Of a stretch of 40,623 nt of DNA, positions 25,421 to 37,895 are shown in pieces; position 1 is the first letter of the stretch; each line of letters starts with the position of its first letter. A program made the position numbers and the translations under genes. Origin of the DNA: Octopus bimaculoides (Eukaryota); NCBI RefSeq assembly GCF_001194135.2, contig NC_068983.1, positions 151,964,411-152,005,033 of the forward strand, given 5' to 3'. Below the pieces are notes generated by a model. It saw only the letters and a list, made by a program, of their open reading frames with translations. It ran no database searches and had not been told where the DNA came from.

Positions 25421-28400
25421 AGATCTATATATTGTTATGGTGATGGATGAATTGGGTATGGTGAATGCTTTGTGTGAGTGTGTGTGTGTATGTGCGTGTT
25501 TGTACGTGTGTGTACGTGTGTGTGTGTGTGTGTGTGTGCGTGTGTGTGCTTACAGTTGAAGACAAAAACACTGGCGTATTGAATATTCGATATTAAATGG
25601 CCGAGTGGATTTCAAAACAGCCACACATTCACAAATAATTTAAATTCAATTTACATAGAGCATAAATATGAGTGAGAGTGTTTATATGTGCTTGTGTGCG
25701 TGTGTGATTGTGTGTGTGCATGTGTATAAAACAAAGATTATGTACAACAAAATGCTTAAATACCAGCTGTAAAAATAAAATTATAGGAAAACAATATCAT
25801 GAATATTATGCATATTCGACTTTGTCAGACTGAATATCAACAACATAGTTGAAGGGAAATACCTTCGGGGAGCACTCGGAACACTAAACACAAATATAGT
25901 AGTCTAGCATATGTAATTACAAAGCGATGAAAACTTTGATCAACCAGAAACATCGCCGGGAATGGCTTAAACAATCTCAAGAAGAAAGAAAAAAGTGAAA
26001 TCATTACTTCAGTAGATCGCAGAGTTTGGATAATATTTACTGAGTAGATTCTAATAGCATGCTCTATTGTTTAAGTTCATTATTTAGTGACTAATGTTGG
26101 TCACTGGAATATAAATGGGGACATATATAATAATATAGAAAATAATGCACGGGAACAGAGACAAAAATATTTGTTAGAAAATGGAGTAATCAATTGAATC
26201 GGTTGATTAGGATGTCATTGATTTCGAAGGGATAAAAAAGAAATTTTGCTGATTATCTTGATCCCCGGGTCAAGCTGTTTCTCGATTTCTCGTATCGTTA
26301 TGCCCACCGACTATATCGTTGTCATTTCTCTTGACCATGAAAATGTCCACCATCATCTGTAATACCTCCATCAATTCCTTAGATAATTTTATCTCCATTC
26401 ACTCCATCATTCACTCTACGTGCGTCTTTGAGAAATACACCCTCTATTACTCTTATCTTGGTTTAAAATCCTCTCACCTCAACTATATTAAATCCGCTTT
26501 ATATCTTTCTCACGATTCTCTTGTCTTTTGTGAAATTATGTGAAATTATGGTTTTGAGATTCAGTTTAAAATGCACTTCTCTTTTATTTCCTTTCAAAGA
26601 ACTACTCTGAAACTGCTGCTGACTTTGCTCATCCTTGAGCCCAAATTATCCTCTGTGCCTATGCTGTCTGGCGTTATGGTTGCTCACTTGATAACCATAT
26701 TCAATCTCTGTTATCTTCCACCACGCTAATTAACCTCTTTAATTCTGCAACTTCACTTTCTCTAATTTGATGCCACTCACATTCTTCAAATCCTCCCCAC
26801 TCATGTTTTTAATATGTGATCTTAACCTATGTCACTCTCTCTCTCATTGTTAGCATTACAAATTCGCGCAGTAATAAATTCGCTTTTGGGAAAATACATG
26901 CTTCTGGTAACCATAGCTTATTCATTAAAAATTGATTGAAAGCGAGGCTTTTCAGTATCATGCTAATGCTTGGTTTCCAAAATGTTCAAGTTCTTAACTT
27001 CAAGAAATGCTTGGACATAACAGTATATATACTTGTAAATAACAGAGTATATCTGTTTATTATTTCCAATTATCGTCACCGTCACCATCACATGGTGGAT
27101 ACAACATAGCCAATGAGGCAACAAATGAATAGATCTTTTGGTGTCTACGATATCAGGTTGATTGATCCGTTCAGGTGTGCTGGAAATTACTCGAAATATA
27201 AAACTTGTTCAATGTATTTTTTATTCCCATGCAAAATAATACTATTCTTTCGTTTGTAGATAGTTTACCTTACTTATTCAACAAACTATATGGATATATT
27301 CGTGACCAGGAGTTCTCACACTGACAAATACCAGCCTCTTCCTCAATCTAATAAAGAACTGGTAAATTTTTTCCACCACTCTCTTTTTTAATAAGACAAA
27401 ATATAATATACTTTAATATAGTTAATTGCTCTGAATTTGCTACAGGGTTGAACAACTATAAATGTTAAAAACAGTTATAATTTGCTTAAACGTGATAAAT
27501 TTTCCACTACTATTCAGATCATTACAGGCACTCACAGGGAGGATACTGGAACCACTATGAGAAAAACTGGACAATATAAGAGCAATGCAATAATATGACT
27601 TATACAACGAAATGGAATTAAAATACCGGTTATGCGAAAAACAAAAAGCACCAAAAATGCAGACATATCCTTAGTAACACGATGTCTTTCAAACATGGAT
27701 GCCTATAATGGTTGTGATATCCTTATGTTTAAAAACGAGGTGTTATCTACGTTGAATTCTGACGGTGTTTGTATCAGGTTGAAGTGATATAGTTGGGTGA
27801 GTAACATGTTAAGGTAATTGTTGATGTTGTTAGTAGTGCGCATGGTGGCCTATTATACGAAGGTACTTTATGTTGCTGGTTTTTGCTTTGAAAGCCTGCT
27901 ATTTTAGTAAGGTGTCTTTGCCATTAGTTTCCCAGTGCTCTTTGTGGAAGCTACATGTTGAATGAACGTCAAAATTCACTCGCATCATGAAAGATTCTGC
28001 CTAATCTGAACTAAATATAATTTTGAATTTTACATGTTCTGTGTTGTGGTAGTATGATTGTTTCCTAAATTATTATTAAATGACGTCATCCGACTGTAGA
28101 ACACGTCACATTCCATAAGCTACAGACACCGATTTCAGCAAAGTTATTATTTGTTCTTGACATATATAAATGATAGATAGATAAATGGTAGTTCTTAGTG
28201 AAATGTTAACGGAAGGCTGCTGTGTCTGTAACAGACAGAACGTAACGACGCATGAATTTAGGAACATGTGTTTAGAGAACGACCGCGTCATTTCTACACA
28301 CGTTGTGTATCAGGGATATTCTTCTTCTAAGCCAGCTGCCTCAAAGAAGCCCTATCCACATTTAAGTTTTCGATTATATACTATTTTATACACACACACA

Positions 28401-28540
28401 CACACACACATGTAGGTATGTATACATATATGTATGTATGTATATATCTATATATATATATATATATNNNNNNNNNNNNNNNNNNNNNNNNNNNNNNNNN
28501 NNNNNNNNNNNNNNNNNNNATATATATGTATATGTATATA

Positions 28541-28767
28541 GGCGCAGGAGTGGCTGTGTATAGGTGCAGGAGTGGCTGTGTGGTAAGTAGCTTGCTTACC
28601 AACCACATGGTTCCGGGTTCAGTCCCACTGCGTGGCACCTTGGCTAAGGGTCTTCTACTATAGCCTCGGGCCGACCAAAGCCTTGTGAGTCGATTTGCTC
28701 GACTAAAGGCGGTGCTCCAGCATGGCCGCAGTCAAATGATTGAAACAGGTAAAAGAGTAAAAGAGTA
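28541..28767 (+). mobile_element. SINE family A with duplicated head and internal deletion
   Basis: GGCGCAGGAGTGGCTGTG appears twice in tandem, followed by B-box GGTTCAGTCCC. CCTTGTGAGT joins directly to CGATTTGCTCGACTAAAGG; tail is (GTAAAAGA)2. Confidence 0.9.
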
Positions 28768-29090
28768 ATTCCAAGATTGTTAGAGTTTGTGAATCCAACC
28801 AACTAAGGGATAATATCTATCCAATATAGTGCTGGTACAATACCCAGTAATTAATACACAAGTGTGTTTTCATTGCATCGCAATTACATAACTGAGTTTA
28901 ATAAATGGGGAAGAGTAAAAAGTTATTTTACCCTTAATTTATACACCAATAAGAAAATGGAGGGGATCAAGATACATATACATATATACATATTTATATG
29001 TGTTTATGTATATTTATGTATATGTATGCATATGTAAAATATGTATATATGTATGTACTTATATTTATAACTTAAACTTATGAACTTTCT

Positions 29091-29220
29091 AAACTCTCTG
29101 ATGAAGCCCAGAGACACACCTAAATACCTTAATCTTATCTACCGAATACTTCAGTACACTGGAGGGATCGAATTAGAGTGGGGTACTATGGCCTCTTGGC
29201 TGAACCAGCTGTAAGATATT
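29091..29220 (+). ncRNA. Type-I hammerhead ribozyme motif (one core substitution), Penelope/retrozyme style
   Basis: CTGATGA at 29098-29104; stem II AGCCCAGAG/CTCTTGGCT (8 of 9 pairs) closing a 79-nt loop; GAAC instead of GAAA at 29202; C-AGCT-G; GTA triplet at 29211-29213; stem I TCT/AGA plus AA/TT. Confidence 0.6.
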
Positions 29221-29415
29221 AACCTACTTTCTATGCTCTACGTTAAGAATTACTTGTATTTTATATTTTATATATCATATATGTAAAGCATAATATGTTA
29301 TACATGTATGTATATTGTTATAATTATCTTTTTAAAAAATAAATAAATAAATAGACATAATATAATGTCTAAAAGTTGATGAATACCACCACTTGATCCC
29401 TCCATTTTCTTATTG

Positions 29416-29457
<42 letters not shown>

Positions 29458-29669
29458 NNNNNNNNNNNNNNNNNNNNNNNNNNNNNNNNNNNNNNNNNNN
29501 NNNNNNNNNNNNNNNNNNNNNNNNNNNNNNNNNNNNNNNNNNNNNNNNNNNNNNNNNNNNNNNNNNNNNNNNNNNNNNNNNNNNNNNNNNNNNNNNNNNN
29601 NNNNNNNNNNNNNNNNNNNNNNNNNNNNNNNNNNNNNNNNNNNNNNNNNNNNNNNNNNNNNNNNNNNNN

Positions 29670-29715
<46 letters not shown>

Positions 29716-29900
29716 GTACATACATACACAAATACAGAAACAGCACATACATGCATGCATGTGACACAATTAAACTATTCCTTTTCTTTCAGAGGCTATA
29801 TTTATTGTGTCCAGTGACACGGAAAGAAATATATGTGATGGCGATTGTAACGATATAGCGGAATACATATAGACAAAAAGGGAAGTGACTGATTGAATGA

Positions 29901-29986
29901 AAGAAGAAGAAGAAGAAGAAGAAGAAGAAGAAGAAGAAGAAGAAGAAGAAGAAGAAGAAGAAGAAGAAGAAGAAGAAGAAGAAGAA
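29901..29986. repeat. Pure (GAA)n trinucleotide tract, about 28 units
   Basis: Directly visible; explains the poly-S and poly-F ORFs. Confidence 0.97.
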
Positions 29987-30222
29987 ATCAGTTGATAAAA
30001 TAGTAGAATTGTATGGAACGGGTGAGGAAGGACCAAGCCTCATGCATTCCCAAATGTGATGCATTCAAATTGAGAGAACGAGTATTCCAAACACCACCGC
30101 AAGTTTTCAGTGTAATGCAATTAAGATTTCTTCCGAAAATACATAAAATAGAAAGATAGATAAGATTATTAACACTAACGTCGCTACCACCAAAACCACT
30201 ACCAACAAGAAAATTGATATCA

Positions 30223-30253
<31 letters not shown>

Positions 30254-31432
30254 TGGAACTGCTGCTGATGGTAACGAGGAAGAAAATTGTAACAATAATA
30301 AAGATGGTGATGATGATACTAATCATAATAATCATTTCAAATTTTGGCACAAGGCCAGTATTTTCGGGGGTAAGGGGTAAGTAAGTAAGTAAGTAAGTAG
30401 TAGTAGTAGTAGTAATCTTAACAGTAATAATACTGATATTAATAATCTAATGATAGAATAAGCATTAAGAATGATAATAATAACAAGAAACGAAATAATG
30501 AAATAAAAATAAAAAAATAAATCAAAAGCAAGAAGATAAAAACAAAACAAAACAAAATAAACACAACCAAACTATATAGAGAAAGAAAAATAATCAATGA
30601 CAACAAATATACGAAAAGCCAAAAGCAAAAAACCAAAAAGAAAGAATACGAAAAACAAAAAAACAAAACAAAGGAAAGACAAAGAAACAATTGAGAATAA
30701 GAAATGAAAATAGATGAAGTTTGATGATCAGTTGAGTTGTGATGACTGCCACATATCTTGACTTCGTTGAAATAATTCTTTTCCTTCATCTATAAATGGC
30801 GTTCAAAGAGATTACCTTAAATATACATACGTGTGTGTGTGTCTGTGTACATGTGTGTATGTACGTATGTGTATAGATATGTGGACGTAATAGCGGTGGG
30901 GCGACAGCATACGTATAAATTTCCGATAAAACTGAGCATAATTACATGAAAACAAATGAAACTAATGCAATTATATATTAGGTCCGAAACCTAACTGAAT
31001 TACGTATATTAAAGAAGTGCAGATGAGAGGAGACAAGTATGGAAGGATAGAAAAGTTTGAGGGTGGGTTGGGGACTGAAGAAGTGTAGAATAAAGATATA
31101 GAAGAAATGCAAGAGAGGGAGAGAGAAGTTGGGAAAGAGAGGCAGAGAGGGAGGGAGGGAGGGGCAACATGGGACACAGTAAAACAGAGGGAGCGAGGGG
31201 CGAACAGAAATGAAGAGGCGGGGTGGAGCAGCAGAAAATAAGATTGAAATAGAGAATTTCATCAGCAGTAAGATATGTCCGCATTTAGGTATACACGAGT
31301 ATGCATGCATGTATATATATGTATATATATGTATGTATAGAATGAGAAGCGTATGAGTGAAATTGAGGTTCATAGATAATGATTGTATACATACACACCA
31401 TACACATGTAAACATACATCTATTTCTCTCTA

Positions 31433-31469
<37 letters not shown>

Positions 31470-31479
31470 NNNNNNNNNN

Positions 31480-31515
<36 letters not shown>

Positions 31516-31554
31516 GCATGTAAGTTTGCATGTATGTTTGTTTTTGTGTGTGTA

Positions 31555-31809
<255 letters not shown>

Positions 31810-32009
31810 TTGGATGGGTAGGAAAACTGGCAGATGCATAGAAACATAGATAGTTAGGTAGATGAGCTAAGTAAATAGATAAGAATAAAATAAAAATAAT
31901 AGATACTACGCTAAAAGGAGAGTTACAAAGATTAATATACGGTGCGCAGCAGAGATATATTTAGCTAGCCAATTTATACTCTGCGATGTATATCTGTAGT
32001 ATGTACACG

Positions 32010-32048
<39 letters not shown>

Positions 32049-34143
32049 GTATACACATATGTATATACATATACATATGTATATATATATATACATATGT
32101 ATATATATATGTATATATATCTATATAAATATATGTATATATATATATATATATGAATATACATGTATATGTATATATATATGTATGTATATGTATATAT
32201 GTATATGTGTATATAGATATATAAAAATATATATACACACACATGTATATATATATGTATATATATATGTATATATANNNNNNNNNNNNNNNNNNNNNNN
32301 NNNNNNNNNNNNNNNNNNNNNNNNNNNNNNNNNNNNNNNNNNNNNNNNNNNNNNNNNNNNNNNNNNNNNNNNNNNNNNNNNNNNNNNNNNNNNNNNNNNN
32401 NNNNNNNNNNNNNNNNNNNNNNNNNNNNNNNNNNNNNNNNNNNNNNNNNNNNNNNNNNNNNNNNNNNNNNNNNNNNNNNNNNNNNNNNNNNNNNNNNNNN
32501 NNNNNNNNNNNNNNNNNNNNNNNNNNNNNNNNNNNNNNNNNNNNNNNNNNNNNNNNNNNNNNNNNNNNNNNNNNNNNNNNNNNNNNNNNNNNNNNNNNNN
32601 NNNNNNNNNNNNNNNNNNNNNNNNNNNNNNNNNNNNNNNNNNNNNNNNNNNNNNNNNNNNNNNNNNNNNNNNNNNNNNNNNNNNNNNNNNNNNNNNNNNN
32701 NNNNNNNNNNNNNNNNNNNNNNNNNNNNNNNNNNNNNNNNNNNNNNNNNNNNNNNNNNNNNNNNNNNNNNNNNNNNNNNNNNNNNNNNNNNNNNNNNNNN
32801 NNNNNNNNNNNNNNNNNNNNNNNNNNNNNNNNNNNNNNNNNNNNNNNNNNNNNNNNNNNNNNNNNNNNNNNNNNNNNNNNNNNNNNNNNNNNNNNNNNNN
32901 NNNNNNNNNNNNNNNNNNNNNNNNNNNNNNNNNNTATATATATATATATATATATTTAATACTTTATATCTATGGTCTTTACTGTATATTTGATGCTTTG
33001 GGAAGCTTCTCTACCGCTTGTATTCTTCTTCTCTGGTCATAGAACATTTGGTACCTAGTCGCATGGCAAGAAGAGATTACAAATTCTTTTTCTTTTTTAT
33101 TGCGTACCATCATCGGCAGGTTTCTTTTGCATTATACGTGTATTATATATGTATTATGAACGTGATAGTTGAATTATATATCAACTAATATTTTGTGTCA
33201 TATTATGCATGTCATCCCCCGGCCCATGGAAATTTTCTTGCATAAAACCTGCGCATGGCACCAAATTTTGGGGACAGATATTCCTCACGACCCATATTTA
33301 ATTCCTTGGACTTCTAGTCTGACACATAAAGGTGATGGATTTACTTAGATTTTGAAATCTATTGATGATTTAACGTATTTAAGGTATCTTCACTAAGCGC
33401 AACCTTTCACCTACGCTTCTTATGCATTAAATATTCCTATTATATAACACATTTTTGCACAAACAGTCTCGCACTTATATATTATTTAGCTACTTCACTA
33501 ACACATTGGTTACACACTAATCTTGACTTATATTCTAATTAGATATTGTTTTCTAATTCATATTTTTCGAAAGCCTATGAATTCGAAATCCATGAGATTT
33601 CGTATGCATAGAGGTTTTATATACACCTCTTGAATTAATCGATGGGAGTGTATAAACCATAAAATGTCATGAGGTATATGAGGTGATTATGTTTAGGCCT
33701 TTTGTTACATATGTGTATTTTGTTACACTAAGGATGGTCAATTCACTAAACTTAGATTCAGTCCTTTAATTCGTATGAAACAAAATATATTTATTTTTAA
33801 TGACCATACAAAGCTAATTTTATCTACTACTGGTCTTCCGTACATTGTATATATATAAAGAGAAAATTTTCATGTATACTTAAATTTGAAGCACTGATAT
33901 AGCCATGATATTCTAATGATTTGAAGAGCCAGCTTTGTTTATCTACACTGATTTGTAAATATGCAATTGCATTGTATAATGCATAGCATGCAAATTAATG
34001 CAGACATAAATGTAATTTATAAAATGCTAAAATCATTATAACATGAAGAAGGCTGTAAAACAGTTGTAATGCCAAGGATGGTTAAGTAAATATATATAAC
34101 GCACATATTTCCTGATTTTGTTATGGTTCATATACGTACATTG

Positions 34144-34471
34144 ACACAGGAGTGGCTGTGTGGTAAGTAACTTCCTTACCAACCACATTGTTCCAGGTCC
34201 AGTCCCACAGCGTGGCACCTTGGGCAAGTGTCTTCTACTATAGCCTCGGGCTGATCAAAGCCTTGTGAGTGGATTTGATAGACAGAAGCTGAAAAAAAAA
34301 CCCGTCGTATATATGTATGAGTGTGTATACATTTGTGTGTTTGTATTAGTCCCCCCCCCCACCCAACATCGCTTGACAACCGATGCTGGTGTATTTACAT
34401 CCTCGTAACTTAACGGTTCAGCAAAAAGAGGCCGATAGGATAAGTACTAGGCTCACAAAGAATAAGTTCTG
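34144..34471 (+). mobile_element. SINE family A, nearly full length
   Basis: Head ACAGGAGTGGCTGTGTGGTAAG, B-box-like GGTCCAGTCCC, body, short TA/TG tract, CCAACATCGCTTGACAACCGATGCTGG and GATAGGATAAGTACTAGG. Confidence 0.9.
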
Positions 34472-34822
34472 TGAATAAATCTTTGTGCATGTGTGTATGT
34501 GAATAAATCTTAGTGTATGTTTACGTATATAGATATAAGGCATTCTATGTTTATGAATATCTCTCCTTATCGCTTCATATATTTCTCTCCCTGTCCTTAC
34601 TTGTTTCTTCGAAGCATATAATCTTTGCTGTTTCCTCATAATTCGTCTTTATTTACCGTCCGGTTTGGAGACCTCATCGTTTCTTCTCATCCCATTTGTC
34701 TCGCTTTCTTTCTGTTCATGTTTGTCTTTTATGTCCGCTCATTTATAACCAAGCAGAGTATGTTGCTGACACCACCAAATCGAACAATATTATCGTAGGT
34801 GTCGAAATTGTGGTTATATTTG

Positions 34823-34884
34823 GTCGATAACTGATGAGGAAAAGTATGTCGCTATTTTTCCGTATGTCCCTTTGACGTCTTCGT
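34823..34884 (+). ncRNA. Degenerate hammerhead-like motif
   Basis: CTGATGA (34831) + 9-bp stem GGAAAAGTA/TATTTTTCC + GTA (in place of GAAA) + stem TGTC/GACG + GTC triplet; stem I weak. Confidence 0.3.
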
Positions 34885-35462
34885 GTGCCAGAGTTTTAAT
34901 GTACGTATGCATGTGTGTGTGTGTGTCTGTCTGTCTGTGTCTCTGTGTGTAAATAGGTGTATGCTTGTACATTTATATATGTGGATGAGTATGCACGCAA
35001 CTATATGAAATAGGCGAGTTCATAACCTTGTTTGCACCTAGCAGTAGATCAGTGATAATGCAAACATTATCAGAGATGTTATGATCCAATAGGAAAGTTT
35101 GGGGTTACTTTACATTTTTTCCCCTCATTTCTACGCACGTACCTAACTTTTACATGTCTCTTTATTTCCTTTTCCCCTGTTTTTATTTCCGTTTTCCAAT
35201 TTTTTTTTTCTACTGCGATGGATGTTTTATTGCCTGTTTTTATATATTTATTTATATCTTTACATATATAAGTCTTTTTTACCTTTGCTTCATTTTATAT
35301 ATCTTCTTCTTCCACTCTATTTTTATTTTCCCTCTTTAGATTTTTGCGCATCTTCTAGGTGATATTATATAATGTTCGCCGTTTGAAGCTATTCGATATG
35401 TACGTATGAAACGTAAAAAAATTATCAACACTTCGTTTTGTGATTATTACGATATATATATA

Positions 35463-35773
35463 TGGTGGTGGTTGTCTACTCCTTAAACAGAGTTTGACCA
35501 CCTCCTGCACCTACACCTTAGCCCTTTCATGGCGTCTGATGTGGCTTTTTAAACCAGACAGTGTTTTGAAAAAACACCCACACAGATTGCACCTCTGATT
35601 TGCACTACCAATACCTGCAAGTAAGTTCTGCTCATTGTGGATCCTAACATGTCTTTTAAGACCCCCATTGGATTTGCAAACCCTCTGGCACACACCACAT
35701 TCAAACGTGTGCACAGACATATAATCAGAATAGCTGGATGAGGTTTGTTTTCCATGGGTTCGCAGGTGAGATT

Positions 35774-35777
<4 letters not shown>
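35463..35777 (-). mobile_element. 5'-truncated LINE 3' end (RTE-like) encoding tandem C2H2 zinc fingers
   Basis: Reads IKSHLRTH (end of one finger), [23 protein letters not shown] and [21 protein letters not shown], stop at 35511, short 3' UTR, CAACCACCACCA tail. Both ends abut (TA)n. The RTE assignment rests on the C-terminal finger and short-repeat tail only. Confidence 0.6.
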
Positions 35778-35848
<71 letters not shown>

Positions 35849-35902
35849 CATATAAATACATATACAGATATATATACATATACATACATATATATATATA
35901 TG

Positions 35903-36420
35903 TGTAACCAGAAACCTTCTCTGTGGGAAATCCCGTTGCAGTTCCCGCTTCTGCCACTAGAAACCACTTGATGCATCAGACTACGTTCCGGCATCAGTCT
36001 ACCGACCGGCATTGTCCCCTCTGGTTGTACTGCTACGCGGTGCGTCTTTGTTTTGCAGTACTTCTCTCCTGTTCGTCGATTTTTTGCAATGGCTGAAGCG
36101 AGGGAACAGCGTACTTTTGTGAAATTCTGTTTCTTCTGCGGGGAAAATGGCGGCCGAAAGAGTTGTCATGCTTCATACAGCCTGCAAAGACGCTGCCACG
36201 AGTAAAACGCAAGTTTACGCGTGGTTATCACACTTTTGGAATGGTCACTTGTCGCTTGAGGACAAACCTCGTTCAGAACGATCGTCGACCTTGTCGAACG
36301 TGCGAAAACATCATGAAATTACATGAACTGATAATGGACGACTGTCACCGAACAAGTGATGAACCTGTCGATGACTGGTGTGTTCTGGAGCTCTTGCCAA
36401 CGAATTTTGAGGCTAAGTGT
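35903..36420 (+). mobile_element. Mariner 5' fragment (N-terminal HTH region), cut off by a SINE
   Basis: From ATG 36089: [15 protein letters not shown], frameshift, then [49 protein letters not shown]. This is a typical mariner N-terminus with the SGRPST-like linker. Confidence 0.8.
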
Positions 36421-36422
36421 GA

Positions 36423-36492
36423 TCTACTATAGTCTCGGCTCGATCAAAGCCTTGTGAATGATTTGGTAGACGTTAACCGAAAGAAACCCGTC

Positions 36493-36527
<35 letters not shown>

Positions 36528-36791
36528 TGTGTTGTGTATAATCATATATATATGTGATATATATGTATGTATGTATATACATGTTTGTGTTTTATGTTTC
36601 TTTGCTTGTGTTTGTCCCCCATTGGTGTTGGTGCCCTTATATCCCAGTAACCTAACGGTTCGTCAGAAAATACCGATAGAATAAGTACCAGGCTTAAAAA
36701 AAGATAAAAATGAATACTGGGGTCGATTCGTTCGATTAAAGTCTTCCAAGGTAGTGCCTCAGCACACCAGCAGAATGACTGAAAACAAGTT
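36423..36791 (+). mobile_element. SINE family A, 5'-truncated, with internal (TA)n/(TATG)n
   Basis: TCTACTATAG...AAAGCCTTGTGA...CCCGTCGT, microsatellite, TGTTTGTCCCCC...GATAGAATAAGTACC...CTGGGGTCGATT, running into the gap. Confidence 0.85.
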
Positions 36792-37415
36792 NNNNNNNNN
36801 NNNNNNNNNNNNNNNNNNNNNNNNNNNNNNNNNNNNNNNNNNNNNNNNNNNNNNNNNNNNNNNNNNNNNNNNNNNNNNNNNNNNNNNNNNNNNNNNNNNN
36901 NNNNNNNNNNNNNNNNNNNNNNNNNNNNNNNNNNNNNNNNNNNNNNNNNNNNNNNNNNNNNNNNNNNNNNNNNNNNNNNNNNNNNNNNNNNNNNNNNNNN
37001 NNNNNNNNNNNNNNNNNNNNNNNNNNNNNNNNNNNNNNNNNNNNNNNNNNNNNNNNNNNNNNNNNNNNNNNNNNNNNNNNNNNNNNNNNNNNNNNNNNNN
37101 NNNNNNNNNNNNNNNNNNNNNNNNNNNNNNNNNNNNNNNNNNNNNNNNNNNNNNNNNNNNNNNNNNNNNNNNNNNNNNNNNNNNNNNNNNNNNNNNNNNN
37201 NNNNNNNNNNNNNNNNNNNNNNNNNNNNNNNNNNATATATACAAATACCGGGAATTCTCTTTGACTCTAAACGTCTTATCACTTTGTTAGCGACCGGCAT
37301 GAACTCTCTTAGAAAAAAAAAAAATAAAACTCAAAGAAAAAATTATATATAGGTACTTACGTACATACATACAAACACAAAGACACTCACACACACACAA
37401 ATACACACATAAACG

Positions 37416-37895
37416 TACAAAGTATAAACAACATCACAGAGAGGCTGTCCACCTGGAATATGCTTTTGCGATACTGTATTCTTTCGGTGATAATACATTC
37501 ACTCTTTGTGTTTAATTTCATGATAGTGGCCCACAATGAAGTCAGGTCAGCTATGGCTTTGACTATTCTCACTGGAACTTTAGCAAATTCTAACATGCAT
37601 GAGTACGGAACAGAGTCAAAGGCTTTCTTGTAGTCTAGCCACATTGAAGCTAGGTTTCTTCTATGCGCTCGCACCTCTGACATCACGGTTTTGGTGATTA
37701 ACAATTGCGCGGCATATCCTCTCTTTTTGCTGTCTCCAAACATCATTTCTATCGCCTTCTTTACTTTCTGATGGTGGGACGCTTCGTGATTTGCTTCTTT
37801 GCATGCAATAAGCATCGTTACATGACTGATGGTCTTCCGTAAACGAGACATCTTTTTCTCTCTCTTGAAAACCCATGATGGTACTTTCTTTGTTA
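37416..37895 (-). mobile_element. Inverted 5' segment of an RLE-type non-LTR retrotransposon (RT domains about 2-4)
   Basis: ORF 37387-37851: QLLITKTVMSEV, WLDYKKAFDSVP and IFQVDSLSVMLFILC (QGD.LS motif). Junction position about +/-10 nt. Confidence 0.9.

Noticed and set aside
26300-26820. Purine-rich minus-strand stretch resembling a decayed RTE ORF
   Set aside because: Only vague compositional similarity; no motif could be read reliably.
27540-28080. Possible additional retroelement relic
   Set aside because: No diagnostic motif found in manual translation.
30200-31260. Hydrophobic or low-complexity ORFs (poly-L/F/S/V)
   Set aside because: Derived from (CTA)n, (AGT)n, A-rich and GA-rich simple sequence.
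35903-36080. Apparent upstream continuation of the zinc-finger LINE ORF across the (TA)n tract
   Set aside because: This segment leads directly into the mariner ATG at 36089 and is better explained as mariner 5' non-coding sequence.
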